Of a stretch of DNA of 64,000 nt, positions 39,851 through 52,959 are shown piece by piece (within the stretch, counting starts at the first letter, position 1; each line of letters begins with the position of its first letter). The stretch lies in contig NC_081397.1 in assembly GCF_030684315.1 (NCBI RefSeq), positions 9,114,001 through 9,178,000 of the forward strand. The letters run 5' to 3'. Both the position numbers and the translations under genes were made by a program. Below the pieces are notes generated by a model, which made no database searches, had not been told where the DNA came from, and saw only the letters and a list, made by a program, of their open reading frames with translations. This stretch comes from Stegostoma tigrinum. Its lineage: Eukaryota.

Positions 39851-42339
39851 GCTTTCCCCGCTGTGTCCCAGAAACAAACATCAATTGGTTACTTCCCCAA
39901 TTCCCTATCCTCCCAGTTTAAGCAAAGCGAATGGAGGCTGTGGGGGAAATGGCATAAAGTGTTTCAAACTGGGGCATTGGCCCTTTGTGAAGCTCCAATG
40001 GAGCTCATTCCCGGGTAGTGTTAATATCTGCCTCCCCCCGGCTTGCTCACAATCTGGTGGGGAAGCGGAGAAGCTGGCAGCCGTTCGGCCCATTTAATAT
40101 TCTCTACTATTCAATAAAATCACGTCTGATCTCATGTTAACTGTGATATTTAATTCTGCTGGCCTTCGTCCCATATTGACTCACAGAGCGATGGAATAAA
40201 TGCGACATTATGACGAAGGCAGAATGTAACTGCTGTGGGGAGTCTTGCAGCGCAGAGGTAGTTTCCCTATTTCTGGGTCAGGTGGGCCGTCCTAAAGCCA
40301 CACCCGGACCAGAGGAGTGTAATAATATCCCTGGGCCCGATGCAAATACCAGTTTGGAATTGATGACTGATTTTATTCTCAGTATGCTGCAGGCAGAAAC
40401 CTTGTGATGAATGGGTTACCGCAACGAATGACCCACCTGTTTTTTCTGGTTTGCGCATTCCTGGGAAGAGGACGTCTCTGGCTTGGTCCAGCATTTATTG
40501 CGCGTCCCTAGTTTCCCCCGTTGAGAAGTTGGTGCTGAGCCACCTTCTAAAATAGTTCTGGTCCATGTGCTGCCCACATTGCAGTTCGCAGGTAGATCCA
40601 GGGTCTTGATTCAGAGACAGTGAAGGCAAGGGGACGTATTTCCAAGTTAGGATAGTGGGTGATTGGAGGGGAACGTGGCTAGTATCAAGGTGGTGTTCCT
40701 CCACATCAACTGCCCAAGCCCTTTCAAATGGATATATTCGTGAGTATGGATGGTGGTCTTTTTACAGTCTACAAAACTGTCATTTTAGAGGGCTATTTAA
40801 CACCGTTTTTGAAATTTGAGAAGAGATTCACTAGTATTTGCAGAGTATGTAAGGCTCGAGTCATATAGAAAGGATGGATAGGGGTCAAGATCCATAACGT
40901 TTCCTGTCCCTAAGATGCTGCTTGACCTGTTGGGTTCATTCAGTTCCACACCGTGTTTTCATGGATAGGCTGGGGCTTTTTTTCACTGCAGAGTAGGATG
41001 TTGAGAAGTCACCTTCTCACAGTTTGTAAAATACTGATGGGGTGAGACAGAGTTAATGGTCGTTGAACTTTGTTTGGGATGGAGGGAATAGAAAACCAGG
41101 GCGGACATTTTAATGTTACAGGCGAGAGATTGAAAAAAAAAGACACGAGGGGCGTTTTTTAAACATAGAACACGGAAGGATGTGGAATAAACTACCTGTC
41201 GAAATGGTCGACGTGGCTATAATGACATTAAAACGACATTTGGAGAAGTGCATAAACACGACAGTTTTGAAAAGAAATAGGTCAGGGACAGGTAGATGGA
41301 ACGAATTCAATTTGGTATTATACTCGGCCTCTACTGATTGGACTGAACGGTCTGTATCCTCACTGTATGACTCTGTGGGAGAAAAAAAAACAGAGACAAG
41401 CCATTGAGTTGGATGATCTGCCATTTTCATGGTGAGTGGGAGGAGAGGTTTGAAGGGCTGATGGGTGTTATTTGCCCAGTTGCTATTCTTTACGTTTATA
41501 TGAGTGTGATTCCCAGAAACGATGTTGAGTATTGTCACTGCAATTGAAAAAAAAACTGATCTCGGTGATCAATGTAACTTCAAACCAGATGATTGGCTCT
41601 TGCAGCTGAATATGCAGCAGAACGAATCTCCGGCGCACAAACCTCGGAGAGTTTCACAATTACTGAGGAGAAAAACTACAACTAATTCCCTGGGTACCGG
41701 AGCACAGGCTGAAAGGGGGAGAAAGTACATCCTCCCACAGGTACATTTAGAGAGATTTCTGGCCTGTGACTGTATGGATGTGAATATTGAGTCAGAGAGA
41801 CTGTAGGAAAAGGGCGGGCGGGATAGTCACACGGAAATGTGCTTGTGTGTCCGCTCATATCATGATATTTCCACGTCTCTCTTGTTCAAATCAAAAAGAT
41901 ATTCATTTCAAATCATCCCCCTGCTCCTCCACTAAACCCTAAAGATAGAATTCAAGGCAATATATTTGTTGATTTCAAGATTTCAGTCTAAAAATGATGA
42001 TAATGCCAGCGCTCAGCTCAGACAGCGCGATCAGTGCAGCAGCAAAATGCGGTAAAATCGACAAACGGAGCCGTCAATTCGAGTGAAAACCTTTCAGCCG
42101 CAAACCTTCCTGTGTCAGGGTCAGGAACGATCGAGCCTGGCTCTCTGGAGATGCGGAATGGCAGAGGAATTGGAGAGTTTGTGCCGAGAGACAGGCAGGC
42201 AGCAGGAGCAGGGAGCTGAGGGCAGGTTGTCTCCGCGCCGTCCGCTCGCTGCCTTTAAGTTGCTCAGTGCCGCCACCAGCAGCTTCATTGCTGACCCAGT
42301 TCAGTCTGACAGAGAGAGATTCAGCGCAGAGTTCCCGAC

Positions 42340-42978
42340 ATGAGCGACAGTGCAGCCGCCGAAACGGCTCCTCCAGCCTCCGGCAGCACCAAACCCAAGT
42401 CTCCAAAGAAGAAGAAGGCGGCGGCTCCCAGGAAGAAACCAGCCGGTCCCGGGTTGGGCGAGCGGATTGTGAAGATTGTCGGGGAGAACAGCGATCGGAA
42501 GGGGACGTCTCTGGTCACTATAAAGAAGGCGCTGCAGAGAAGCGGGGTCAATGTGGAGAAGCAAAATTCACAGATCAGGATGGCGACCAAGAGGTGCCTG
42601 GCGAAAGGCTCCCTGGTTCTGGTGAAGGGCCAGGGCGTCTCCGGCTCCTTCAAACTCGCAAAGAATCCAGTCAAGGCAAAAGTGGGAAAGAAGGCGAGAC
42701 CAGCAGCAGCCGCCAAGAAAGCAGCCGTGAAGAAAACAACGGCCAAGAAGGTGGCAGCGAAGAAGTCCCCAGCCAAGAAAGCAACCGGCAAGAAAGCGGG
42801 CGGCAAGAAGGCAGCAACGCCGAAGAAAGCGGCGAAGAAAGCAGCGCCGAAGAAAAAGACTCCCGTGAAGAAGGTGATAAAGACCAAGAGCCCCAAGGCC
42901 GCAAAGCCGGCCCCGAAATCGAGGAAACCGAAGGCCAAGCCCAAAGCGAAAGTGACCAAGAAAGCAGCAAAGAAATGA
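42340..42978 (+). CDS. H1: Linker histone H1 (212 aa)
   Basis: Globular domain ending KGQGVSGSFKLAK; K/A/P-rich tail with S/TPxK sites; stem-loop downstream. Confidence 0.97.
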   Translation: MSDSAAAETAPPASGSTKPKSPKKKKAAAPRKKPAGPGLGERIVKIVGENSDRKGTSLVTIKKALQRSGVNVEKQNSQIRMATKRCLAKGSLVLVKGQGVSGSFKLAKNPVKAKVGKKARPAAAAKKAAVKKTTAKKVAAKKSPAKKATGKKAGGKKAATPKKAAKKAAPKKKTPVKKVIKTKSPKAAKPAPKSRKPKAKPKAKVTKKAAKK

Positions 42979-43014
42979 AGCAGTCCGTGTAACATGTAAC
43001 AAACTGAACCCAAA

Positions 43015-43030
43015 GGCTCTTCTCAGAGCC
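43015..43030 (+). terminator. Histone 3' stem-loop (H1)
   Basis: GGCTCTTCTCAGAGCC followed by GCCAC; downstream GGAGAGAG. Confidence 0.93.
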
Positions 43031-43076
43031 GCCACATCTTTCAGGAGAGAGCTGAGCCTGGATCGAATGATCCCTG

Positions 43077-43262
43077 AAATAACATGGTGCAGAGCTGGAT
43101 GACCATAACAGGCCAAGCAGCATCAGAGGAGCAGGAAAGCTGACGTTTCAGGCCCAGATCCTTCTTCCTGCTTCTCTGGTGCTGCTTGGCTTGCTCTGTC
43201 CATCCGACTCTACACCTTGTTATTTCAGATTGTCCAGCATCTGCAATTCCGTCTATCTCTCA
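43077..43262. mobile_element. PLE-derived hairpin insertion just 3' of H1
   Basis: AATGATCCCTG duplicated at 43066-43076 and 43263-43273; empty site in the paralog at 62198-62208. Confidence 0.8.
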
Positions 43263-43899
43263 AATGATCCCTGTCCCGGATCCGAGTGCAGACACAGCAT
43301 AAACTTGAATTGATTCGAGTAACTTAAATATCACATTTCCGAGAGCAGAAACTGAGAATGGGGATGGTATCACATGGGGAGAGTCACTGGAACTGCATCT
43401 GGCTATTTCATACCGCGACTTGTAATTCTGCCCAGACACAAATCTTACATAATGCAGTACATGCATCTCATTAACCCTTCCAGGAATGTTAATTTGTTTA
43501 ATTTTGATGATAGGACCTCTGGCGATGTTTTAACGGTGTATTCCTCCCATTTACCTGCGAAAGACATTTCAGGCAGTAATTACAAATTGTGTTCGGAATG
43601 CTTACAATCTGGGAGAAATAAACATGTCCCGAAAAAAAGGGATTTTGCAATTAATCTCTTTGAAGATGTTTAATTCGGCGTGTTTGATAAGATTGATTAC
43701 CCACGGTTACACGGCTGGTTGATCAGTTTGCCTGGGCTGTATCAATATCCGCGCTTCCCTCCTGCCTGTTGCAGACAGATCAGGCAATGATCCCGTGTCC
43801 TGTCCGCGCTGTGGGCAAGGTCGGTTTCAAGCAAATTGGTGTGTAAGCAGCGCAGGGGTGTTCCTTACTCCCAAACCACCAAGACGCCGGCAGCCGATG

Positions 43900-44915
43900 A
43901 AAGGAGCGCATGCGTGAGACCCTCCCCCAGTGATGGCATTGAGGAGTGTTGACTCAGTGAATGGAAGAGGTTTGTTTGAAACAGGCCGCAATGGAGAGAC
44001 CAGCGCCCAGGGAAGCGAGGGAACAGCAGGCTCCTTCCAGCAGCGCATCGAGATGTGAGTCTGGGACACAGAGGGGGCTCCGAGACCGGCATTGATTCGG
44101 GCTCCGTTCAGGGAGAACCGTGGGCTGTTGGTAAGAGGCGGAGCGGAGCAGGAACTGGTCTCGGAACTTGGAGTGAGCGGCCTGGGGGCGGGGAGAGAGA
44201 GGCCTTTCTCGGGCTGTGTGTGGGCCTGCGGAGGGAGACACAGCGGCAAGAAGCTGCTGCTGGGGATCAGTCTTGTAGCTTTTAGTCTTCTAAACACTGA
44301 TGGAAATTCATTGTTTGGCTGCTGTTTCACGCTGTTAGTTGCCAGTTGTGGGGCTTCCGATAAAGGACGTAGATTGGAGTTAACAGATTATACGTCTCGG
44401 GGGGGAAAAAACACATTTGAAACAGCGGCTGCTGTTCTTTTCAACAGTGTGTTGGGATCTGGTAACATGAGCTGTGTCAACAGTGTAGCATCTTCAGGTC
44501 GCACCTCAGATGGAGCTTTGCAATTATTGCTCAGTTTCTGAATCTCACTCCGTTGGTATCGAATTACATATTTGAAAAACAATTCCTCAGACAAGGAGCA
44601 GCTCGATGTAAGAATGGAATCAGACTTGTGTTTGAATTGATGCCCTTTAAAGAAAAGACTGTGTCAAGAGAATTCTATGCTGTGGTCCAACAGGTTTATT
44701 TTGGAGTTCTGTTGCTTTGGGAGGTGAAGTTCAAGAAACGAAACACCCTAAAAACTGTTCACTGAATATATGTTAATCTGATTGATATTGTCAAATTTGG
44801 CTGATGTTGATTTACAGGAGATAACTCTTCTGTCTTCCTCCAGGAAAGTACTCGAAGAAACAATATTTCCTTGTTACAAAGCCAAGTGTGAGCAGTTGCT
44901 TCTAACTAACACCAG
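43900..44915 (+). pseudogene. Module F: CpG/NRF1 first exon (ATG 43991, donor after 44054), exon 2 (~44447-44496), shortened exon 3 (44844-44915)
   Basis: Inverted relative to modules B and E; GCGCATGCGTG 43906-43916; exons 2 and 3 carry frame-disrupting deletions. Confidence 0.55.
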
Positions 44916-45234
44916 GCATGTTCCTGCGATCAGAATGGAGAATATCTTTTCCAGAGTCAGAGTGGATTGGATCAGACTTGTTTTGAGCTCAATTTCCAGA
45001 AACTTGTCCAAGGAAACAACTAACCAAGCACAACTGAGGAAAGGCAAGTTTATTTTTTTTGTTTTCATTGTCAATTGACATCATGCTCGTTCCAATTAAT
45101 ATCATTTGTCACCCATTAACATTCACATCATGTTTGAAATGTTAACAGCTAACTCCTTGTTGAAAGTACTGAAAACAGGAACTGAATCAAGTTTGCATTT
45201 AGGAAAGGTATTTTATAATATCTCAAACCGGATA

Positions 45235-47040
45235 GAGAGACTCCTCCTACCACCCCCTTTGATCATGACCCTGCCCCAATCGCCAAAACAATATCAACTC
45301 CCAGACCATCCACAACCTCAGCACCTCAGGTGCTGTCCTGCCAACAGCCTCTGACCTCATCTTTCCCCAACGCCATGTTAACTGTTTCTGCCTTATCCCC
45401 AAAATCCACATACCCGACTGCCCCGTTGATGCACACTGTCTCTCACGCTCCCACTTTCTGCAGTCAAATTGGGTGGCCACGGGTACCCGCATGGGCCCAA
45501 GCTATTCCTGCTTCTTGTAGGATACATGGACCAGCCCCTCTTCTGCAGCTACACTGTCCCCACCCCCACCTCTTCCTCTGTTATTTCGATGACTGTATCG
45601 GTGCCACCTCGTACTCCCTCAAGGAACTCACAGTTCATCCACTTTACTAACAGCTTCCACCCCAAGTTTAACTTCACCTGGACCATCTTAAGTACATCTC
45701 TCTCCTTCCTGGACAACTCTGTTTGTTTGCATTTCTGGAAACTGGTAACTAATTCAAGCCAACCGACTGTCACAGCTACCTAGAATACACCTCCCCTCCC
45801 CTACCTTCCTGCAAGAATGCCATCCCCTATTCCCAATTCCTTCCTCTGTTTCATCTGCTCCCGAGATGAGGCATTCCAATCCCGGTCATTGCAGACGTCC
45901 TTGTTTTTCAAGGACTGCCATTTCCACTCCACAGTGGCTGAATATGCCCTTGACCTCATCGCTCTCATTTCTGCAACTTGCCCCTTAGACAACCTCTTCA
46001 CAATAACAAAAAAGACAGAATCTCCTTTGTCATCACGGATCACTCCAACAAACTCAGGATTCAACGCATCTTCCTCCGCCACTTCTGCCACCTTCAATCT
46101 CACCCCACTCCCAAGGACACTTTTCCCTCCCCAACCCTATCAACCTTCCAGAGGGACCGCTCTCTCTGACTCCCTCGTCCACTCCACACTCCCCATAGCC
46201 CCACCGCCCCTGGCACATTTCACTGGAACCACAGGAAGTGCTACACCTGCCCCAATATCTCTCTCCCCTTATCTCCATCCCAGGTCCCAAGAAAACCTTC
46301 CATGTTAAACAGATGTTCATCTGTATGTCCAGTAATACATTGTGTTGTGTCCACTGTTCCCGATGTGGCCCCCTCTACATTGGGGAAACCAAGCGGAGGC
46401 TTGGAAACCACTTTGAACACCTACGCTCACATCGTGACAAACGACTGCACCTCCCCAGTCATGAACCACTTCAACACCCCCTCCCACTCGTTGGACGACA
46501 TGTCCATCCCAGGCCGCCTCCAGTGCCACAACATTGCCACCGGTAGGGTGCACGAGCAGCAGCTCGTATTTCACTTGGGAGCCCTGCAGCACAATGTTCT
46601 CAACAAGGGCGTCAAAATCTGTCCACCCCAAACCCATCCCTGCCTCCTTGACCTGTCCATCTTTTCTCCAACCAATCTGGTTCTCCCACCTCACTGATCA
46701 ACCCCCACCGGCACTTTGGCCTACTAACCTTAGCCCTGCCTCCTTGACCTGTCAGCCTTCCCTCAACCCACATCTGACCTCCCTCCCTACACTTACCGTT
46801 ACTGGCTCCAGCCCTGCCTCCTTGACTGGCCATCTTTTCTCCACCTATCTGGTCCTTTATCCACCTTTCGTCATCATCTCCTCACTTCTCTCTATTTATT
46901 GCAGAGTCCCTTTCTCTTCTCTTCCCTTCCCCCCCCCCCCCCCCCCATTTCTGACAGAAGGGTCCAGTCCAAAAATGTCAGCTCTCCTGCTCCTCTGCTG
47001 CCTGACCTGCTGTGTTCATCCAGCTCTACACCTTGTTACC
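45235..47040 (+). mobile_element. Degenerate Penelope-like element (RT, GIY-YIG, terminus)
   Basis: 'LFLCYFDDCIG', 'NSFHPKFNFTW...SFLD', 'CSRCGPLYIGETKRRLG'; decayed hammerhead motif at ~46950-46980. Confidence 0.85.
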
Positions 47041-48149
47041 CCCTCAAAGGAAGACATCATGTTACATAGTTTGAACAACCACGTCTGACAAGTAGCAAAT
47101 CACTACTGAGCACATGCAAACACATAGACAAAGCTGCTGACTGAGTCCCAAATATGCTCATTGTATCAACACATAACATACAAAGACTGGGTATACATTG
47201 TTGTCATACACACTGCAGGGAACAGAAGCAAATACATAGAAAATGTTTACAGCTCTGTTTTAAGAAAAGCAAGAGAGTCTACCAGACAGAAAAAAATACC
47301 TTTCAGCCCATGGGGTTGATAGTAGACAAAAACAAGCACCTGACATTTCTGATCCCGTTCAGCCAGCATTCCATTTCAATAAGTGTGCCATGGCAGTATA
47401 CGATTTGCCAATCTACCTTATCACAGCGTGATTCTCAATGTGTTCACCTTCAGGAATAGAAACCATATTTTCCGTCTGTCTTGCAAAATTTCTTCTTTTT
47501 GTGTGGGGTGAAGCATTGAAGTGAATTTGGCAACTAAGTTAAACAGTTTTCTAGTGTCACTTGTCCCTCCCAATGAAATATTCCAGAAACACGCAAGAAA
47601 ACAGAATGCTGTTTCTTCACGTTAGTGATGTAATCATCATTTAAAGCAACGAAGAATGATCCATTTAACTAAATCTTGTAATTGTCAAATTTTACTTTCT
47701 CACAGTTTGACCATATTCAATAAGGTTAAATCTTCTCCACTGTAAGACAGAAAATACAATTCCTTTTTCTTTCTTCATCCCCACGACAGCGCATTGTCAG
47801 TGTATTGCCGATGCCATGTGCCATTGCACAACAGAGCAGGGTTCTGTTATATCCATGGTAGTATAATTTAAGTGAATTAGCCGATACCCTTCCCTGTAGA
47901 AGGAACCTCGTGGTCATTCAGCTGAATACAGTTGATTTGTTCATTGCCCTTTTCTTTAGACTCAAAGAAAGGAATGCCACATCAATCTATTCCCTCAGCA
48001 TTATTCACAAAATTCTGTTCCTGTGTACACAGAAAAGCTGATGTCACCTTGAAGAACAGCCCTTGATACAATTTCTGTCAGTTAGACTCTGCTCTCTTGG
48101 AGTTACAAAACCTTTTTGCTTTTACATCACACAATCCATTGCACAAAAC

Positions 48150-48645
48150 AAATGCATGGAGCAATAACTGACAGGCACAGGCTGATAACTGCACTCCTGC
48201 GTTCTTAAAGCAGAAACTGACAGGCTTGGGCTGATAACTAAACTCGGAGGTTCACAAAGCAGCAGCTGGCATGTACAGATTGATAACTATATACTTCGAT
48301 ATTCACAGAGCAGAAACAGACAGAGAAAGATTGACATCTGTACTCTTATTCATGTGGTATAAACATTATAGGTACAGATTTCTAACTCCACTCATTGACA
48401 CACCGAGCAGAAACTGACAAGGAGAAATTATTTATATTTCAATACCAGGACTGGCAAATCCAAATTGCTAAGCACATTCACAGCACACTCACTGGCTGAT
48501 AGGGAACGATTGATAAATGTCCTGAAATAGTCATGTAACAGAGACTACCAGTTACAGATTTATAACTGCACACTCAGACACACAGCTGAAACTGACAGGG
48601 ACTGACCGGTAAATGGACTCGGACATTCGTCTGGTAGTTAATGAC
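48150..48645. repeat. Degenerate ~49-bp tandem repeat array (reverse orientation)
   Basis: Unit reads GCAGAAACTGACAGGTACAGATTGATAACTACACTC. Confidence 0.75.
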
Positions 48646-48647
48646 AA

Positions 48648-50070
48648 AACATAGAACGTAGAACATTACAGCACAGTACAGGCCCTTTGGCCCTCGATGT
48701 TGTTGTGCCGACCTGTCATACCGATCTCAAGCCCATCTAACCTACGCTATTCCATGTACATCCATATACTTATCCAATGACGCCTTAAATGTACCCAAAG
48801 TTGGCGAATCTACTACCGTTGCAGGCAAAGTGTTCCATTCCCTTACTACTGAGTCAAGAAATTACCTCAGACATCTGTCCTATATCTTTCACCCCTCAAT
48901 TTAAAGCTATGCCCCCTTGTGCTCACCGTCACCATCCGAGGAAAACGGTTCTCCCTATCCACCCTATCTAACCCTCTGATTATTTTATATGTTTCAAGTC
49001 ACCTCTCAACCACCTTCTCTGTAATGTAAGTCCCTCAGCCTTTCCTCAAGACCTTCCCTCCATATCAGGCAACATCCTAGTAAATCTCCTCTGCACCATT
49101 TCCAAAGCTTCCACATCCTTCTTATAATGCGGTGACCAGAACTGTACACAATGCTCCAAGTGCAGCCGCACCAGAGTTTTGTATGGCTTCACCATAACCT
49201 CTTGGTTCCAGAACTCGATGAATAAAAGCTGAAACACTGTATGCCACCTTAACACCCCTGTCAACCTGGGTGGCAACTTTCAAGGATCTGTGTACATGGA
49301 CGCCGAGATCTCTCTGCTCATCTACACTACTAAGAATCTTACCATTAGCCCTGTACTTTGCCTTCTGGTTACTCCTACCAAAGTGCATCACCTCATACTT
49401 GTCTGCATTAAAATCTATTTCCCACCTCTCAGCCCAGCTCTGCAGCTTATCGATGACTCTCTGCAACCTACAGCATCCTTCGTCACTATCCACAGCTCCA
49501 CCGACCTTTGGTGTCGTCTGCAAATGTACTAACCCATCCTTCTACGCCCTCATCCAGGTCATTTATAAAAATGACAAACAGCAGTGGACCCAACAGCGAC
49601 CCTTGCGGTACACCATTAGTAACTGCTCTCCAGGATGAACATTTCCCATCAACTACCACCCTCTGTCTTCTTTCAGCAGGCCAATTTCCAATCTAAACTG
49701 CTATATCTCCCACAATTCCATTCCTCCGCATTTTGCACAATAGCGTCTTGTGGGGAATCTTATCAAATGCCTTGCTGAAATCGATAAACACCACATCAAC
49801 CGGTTTACTCTCATCTACCTGTTTGGTCACCTTCTCAAAGAACTCTAAGGTTTGTGAGGCACGACCTTCCCTTCACAAAACCATGCTGACTATCCCTAAT
49901 CAATTTTATTCTTTTCTAGAATATAAATCCGATCCCTTATAACCTTTTCCAACACTTTACCAACAACTGTGGTAAGGCTCACTGGTCTATAATTACCAGG
50001 GTTGTCTCTACTCCCCTTCTTGAACAGGGAAACCACATTTGCTACCCTCCAGTCATCTGGCACTATTCCT
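48648..50070 (-). mobile_element. CR1 LINE ORF2 and 3' end
   Basis: 'DDWRVANVVSLFKKGSRDNPGNYRPVSLT', 'WAERWEIDFNADKYEVMHFG'. Confidence 0.9.
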
Positions 50071-50074
50071 GAAC

Positions 50075-51280
50075 TTTTGATAACAAATCTATCATATCTA
50101 CACAGCAAAAACTGACAGAAACAGATTAATAATAAAACTCCCAGTTTCATATTTGTTTAAACTGACAGGTACAGTTTGATAACTATCAGATTTTCACAGC
50201 AGAATCTGACAATAACTGATCGATTACTAAACTCAGATTGACAAGCAAATACAAAACAGGTATAGACGTGACAACTACACTCATGCATTGACCACCAGCA
50301 ACTGATGTGTAGGTGCACAGCTACACTCATTCACATGGCAGTAACAGAGAGCTACAGCTTAATAACTACAGTCACCCACCTGCATTACAGTAACTGTCAG
50401 GGGCAGGTTGATAACACTCACACATTTATGTGACAGAAACTGACATGTACTGATAATAACTAAACCCATCTATGGATACAGCAGAAACTGACGGAGACTG
50501 ATAATTGCACTTCCATTATCATTGCAGAAACTGAGATTTATAACTGCACCCTCTCATTCACATGGCAAAAACTGAGTGTACAGATTTGATAACCATAGGC
50601 ACACATTTGCTTTGCAATATGTGACAGGGATGGGATAATCCTTCCTGCAAAATGTTACAAGAAAGCAAGAGAACTAATTAATTAATAATTCACAGCAGAA
50701 ACCTAGAGGTATAATCCTGATAATTACACAAGAATATTCACTGGGGAGACACTGACAAGGTTCAGATTGATAATGACAATCTCATTCATACAACAGAAAT
50801 TGGTTGGTACGCACTGAAAAGCACAGTCTCATAATTACAGAACAGAAACTGACAATCACAGACGGATAACTACATTTTCATATTCACATGTCTGAAAATG
50901 ACTGTTAGGATTGAATGAATATGGTGCATTTTTACAAGCAGAAACATTCAAGGTTACGCTAACAACTGCACCCACACATTCAAAGCTCGGAACTGACAGG
51001 TAAAGATGAAAAGCCAAGCTCACGTGTTGACATAGCAGAAACTGAGAAGCACAGTCTGAAGCCTGCTCTCCGACATTCAGATAGCAGAAAACGACTGGCA
51101 CAGATGGATAAGTATACTCACCTTGCAGACACTGACACGAACATTCCCACATCACCAACAATCAGGTAAAGACTTACAACGGCATTCTCATATTCACAAA
51201 GGGGGGAAAAAAAATAATCACAGTCAAGTCCAATTTGATAACTTCTCAAATAAACACAGGGCAGAATCTCACAGGTCCCC
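50075..51280. repeat. Degenerate ~49-bp tandem repeat array (reverse orientation)
   Basis: Same unit. Confidence 0.75.
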
Positions 51281-51648
51281 GTCAGTCTCTGCTGTGTGAA
51301 TACATAAGTAATTTAACAAAGGCTCACCAATGTGTGAGACATGAATAGATCAACAAATAAACTCATATCCACAGACCCACTCACATTGTGTAGTCCCATT
51401 CATGGATCTGGACACTTAGTTTGTTTCTGGACTTCACTCAATTGGTATGGAATTAACAAAAAGAAAAATCACAAGACAAAGAAGCAGCTCAGATCAAGAG
51501 TGGAATCAAACACCTAATTCTGTTCAGATTCCTGGCTTGAAATTAAATATTGTAATGATTATTAACTGAACATTGCATCCAATAATGAAATATCACTGAA
51601 CTTGGCTGATGTTGACTTGCAGGAGGATTTTCTTCTGTCTTCCTCCAG

Positions 51649-51730
51649 GCAAATACGTGAGGGACTAAGAGAAAGTAATATTCCCTCGGCACAAAGCCAA
51701 GTGTGACCAGCTGCTTCTAACAAACGGAAG
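51649..51730 (+). pseudogene. Repeated 82-nt exon-like segment (module G, exon 3; in-frame TAA)
   Basis: ttcttctgtcttcctccag|GCAAATAC...GGAAG|gtatgt. Confidence 0.5.
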
Positions 51731-51934
51731 GTATGTTACCGCTGTCAGAGCAGAGAGCATCCTTTCCACAGTCACAGACCAGATTGAGTCAGACACACAT
51801 TGAGGTCAATTTCCAGTGAGATTTGTTCCAACAACACAGAGGAAATAGAAGTTTTGTTTTTTTCCACCATTCACAATGCACACCTGCCCAGTTCGAACAA
51901 ATTTCAGCATTTCAAGTGTTTTGCGAGATCTGCA

Positions 51935-52780
51935 GCTCGGATAGCGGATAATGTTGAGCTGGCTTGCTTTTCTTCATACAGTCCATCACCATGCTCAGTG
52001 GTATCATCAGTGGAGCCTCCAATGAGTCAGTTATTCCACGTCCTGTGGAATTTATACTGTATGGTCCATTATGGTGACTACTATCACTTCTGGTTTTGAT
52101 CTGTCTGAGTTTTCATTTTTGGGGTCCGATTCTATAATCTTGTTGATTGAAGTATGCATGGAAAACCATGCCTCTCGGAATTGCTGTGTGTCTGTGTTTG
52201 GCTTGGGCTACCATGGTTACTTTGTCCCATGTTAACCTGATGGCCTTTATTGTCTGAATATGTGATACATTCAGACAACCAAGGCCATCAGTTGAAATGG
52301 GACAAAGTTACCATATTAAAAAGAAAGAACTGTGGATGCTGTAAATCAGGAACAAAAGACAGACTTGCTGGACAAGCTCTGCAGCTCAGCAGTAACTGGT
52401 TCTGAGGAAAGGTTACTGGACCCGCAAGGCTAACTCTCTGTTTTTCCCTTCACCGATGCTGCCTGACCTGAGCTTTTTCCAGCACCTTTTATTTTTGTTG
52501 TGTAAGGTAACCATAGCAGCCTAAGCCAAACATAGACATGTTAAGGAATTCCTAGAGACATTGTTCTCCACACAAACATAGAATTGGACCCCATGTATAA
52601 ACCCATATAGATCAAAACTGAAATGACAGTACTCAGCATAACAGACCTGACAGTGCAAATTCCAAGCAGAGGAGAATCACATTGCATCAGCAGAGGCTCC
52701 ACTGATGATGTCACCTAGCATGGTGGCAAAACGTCCGAACAAAAACATGACAGCTCACTGACCAAGTCAACAACATCACA
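51935..52780. mobile_element. Old fold-back PLE (second family) with nested insertion at ~52320-52500
   Basis: Inverted arms centred at ~52260-52268; hammerhead-like CTGATGA-TGTCACC-TAGCAT-GGTGGC-AAAACGTC at ~52702-52735. Confidence 0.6.
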
Positions 52781-52959
52781 TTTCTGCATTCACAGCCCAT
52801 TGACATTTACACCGTTTTTGAAGATGGACAGACTGAATACTTGTCCAAAATACACACTCAAACTGAATATAATCTGCATTAAATGACTCTGATAACAGCT
52901 ACCACATAACAAATTGCATCGTCACAGAGAATATTACTGGCTGCCAAAGTTCAGCCGTG

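Noticed and set aside
42267-43123. Long overlapping and antisense ORFs around H1 (also 62208-63230 and around H2A/H3/H4)
   Set aside because: Shadow frames of GC-rich, low-complexity histone coding sequence.
51560-51730. Resemblance of the repeated exon and its upstream flank to a decayed RING finger (L-x-C...FC...VSxPQC)
   Set aside because: It needs several frameshifts, the expected Cys is Phe in all copies, and the flank is better explained as a splice acceptor. An HMM search would settle it.
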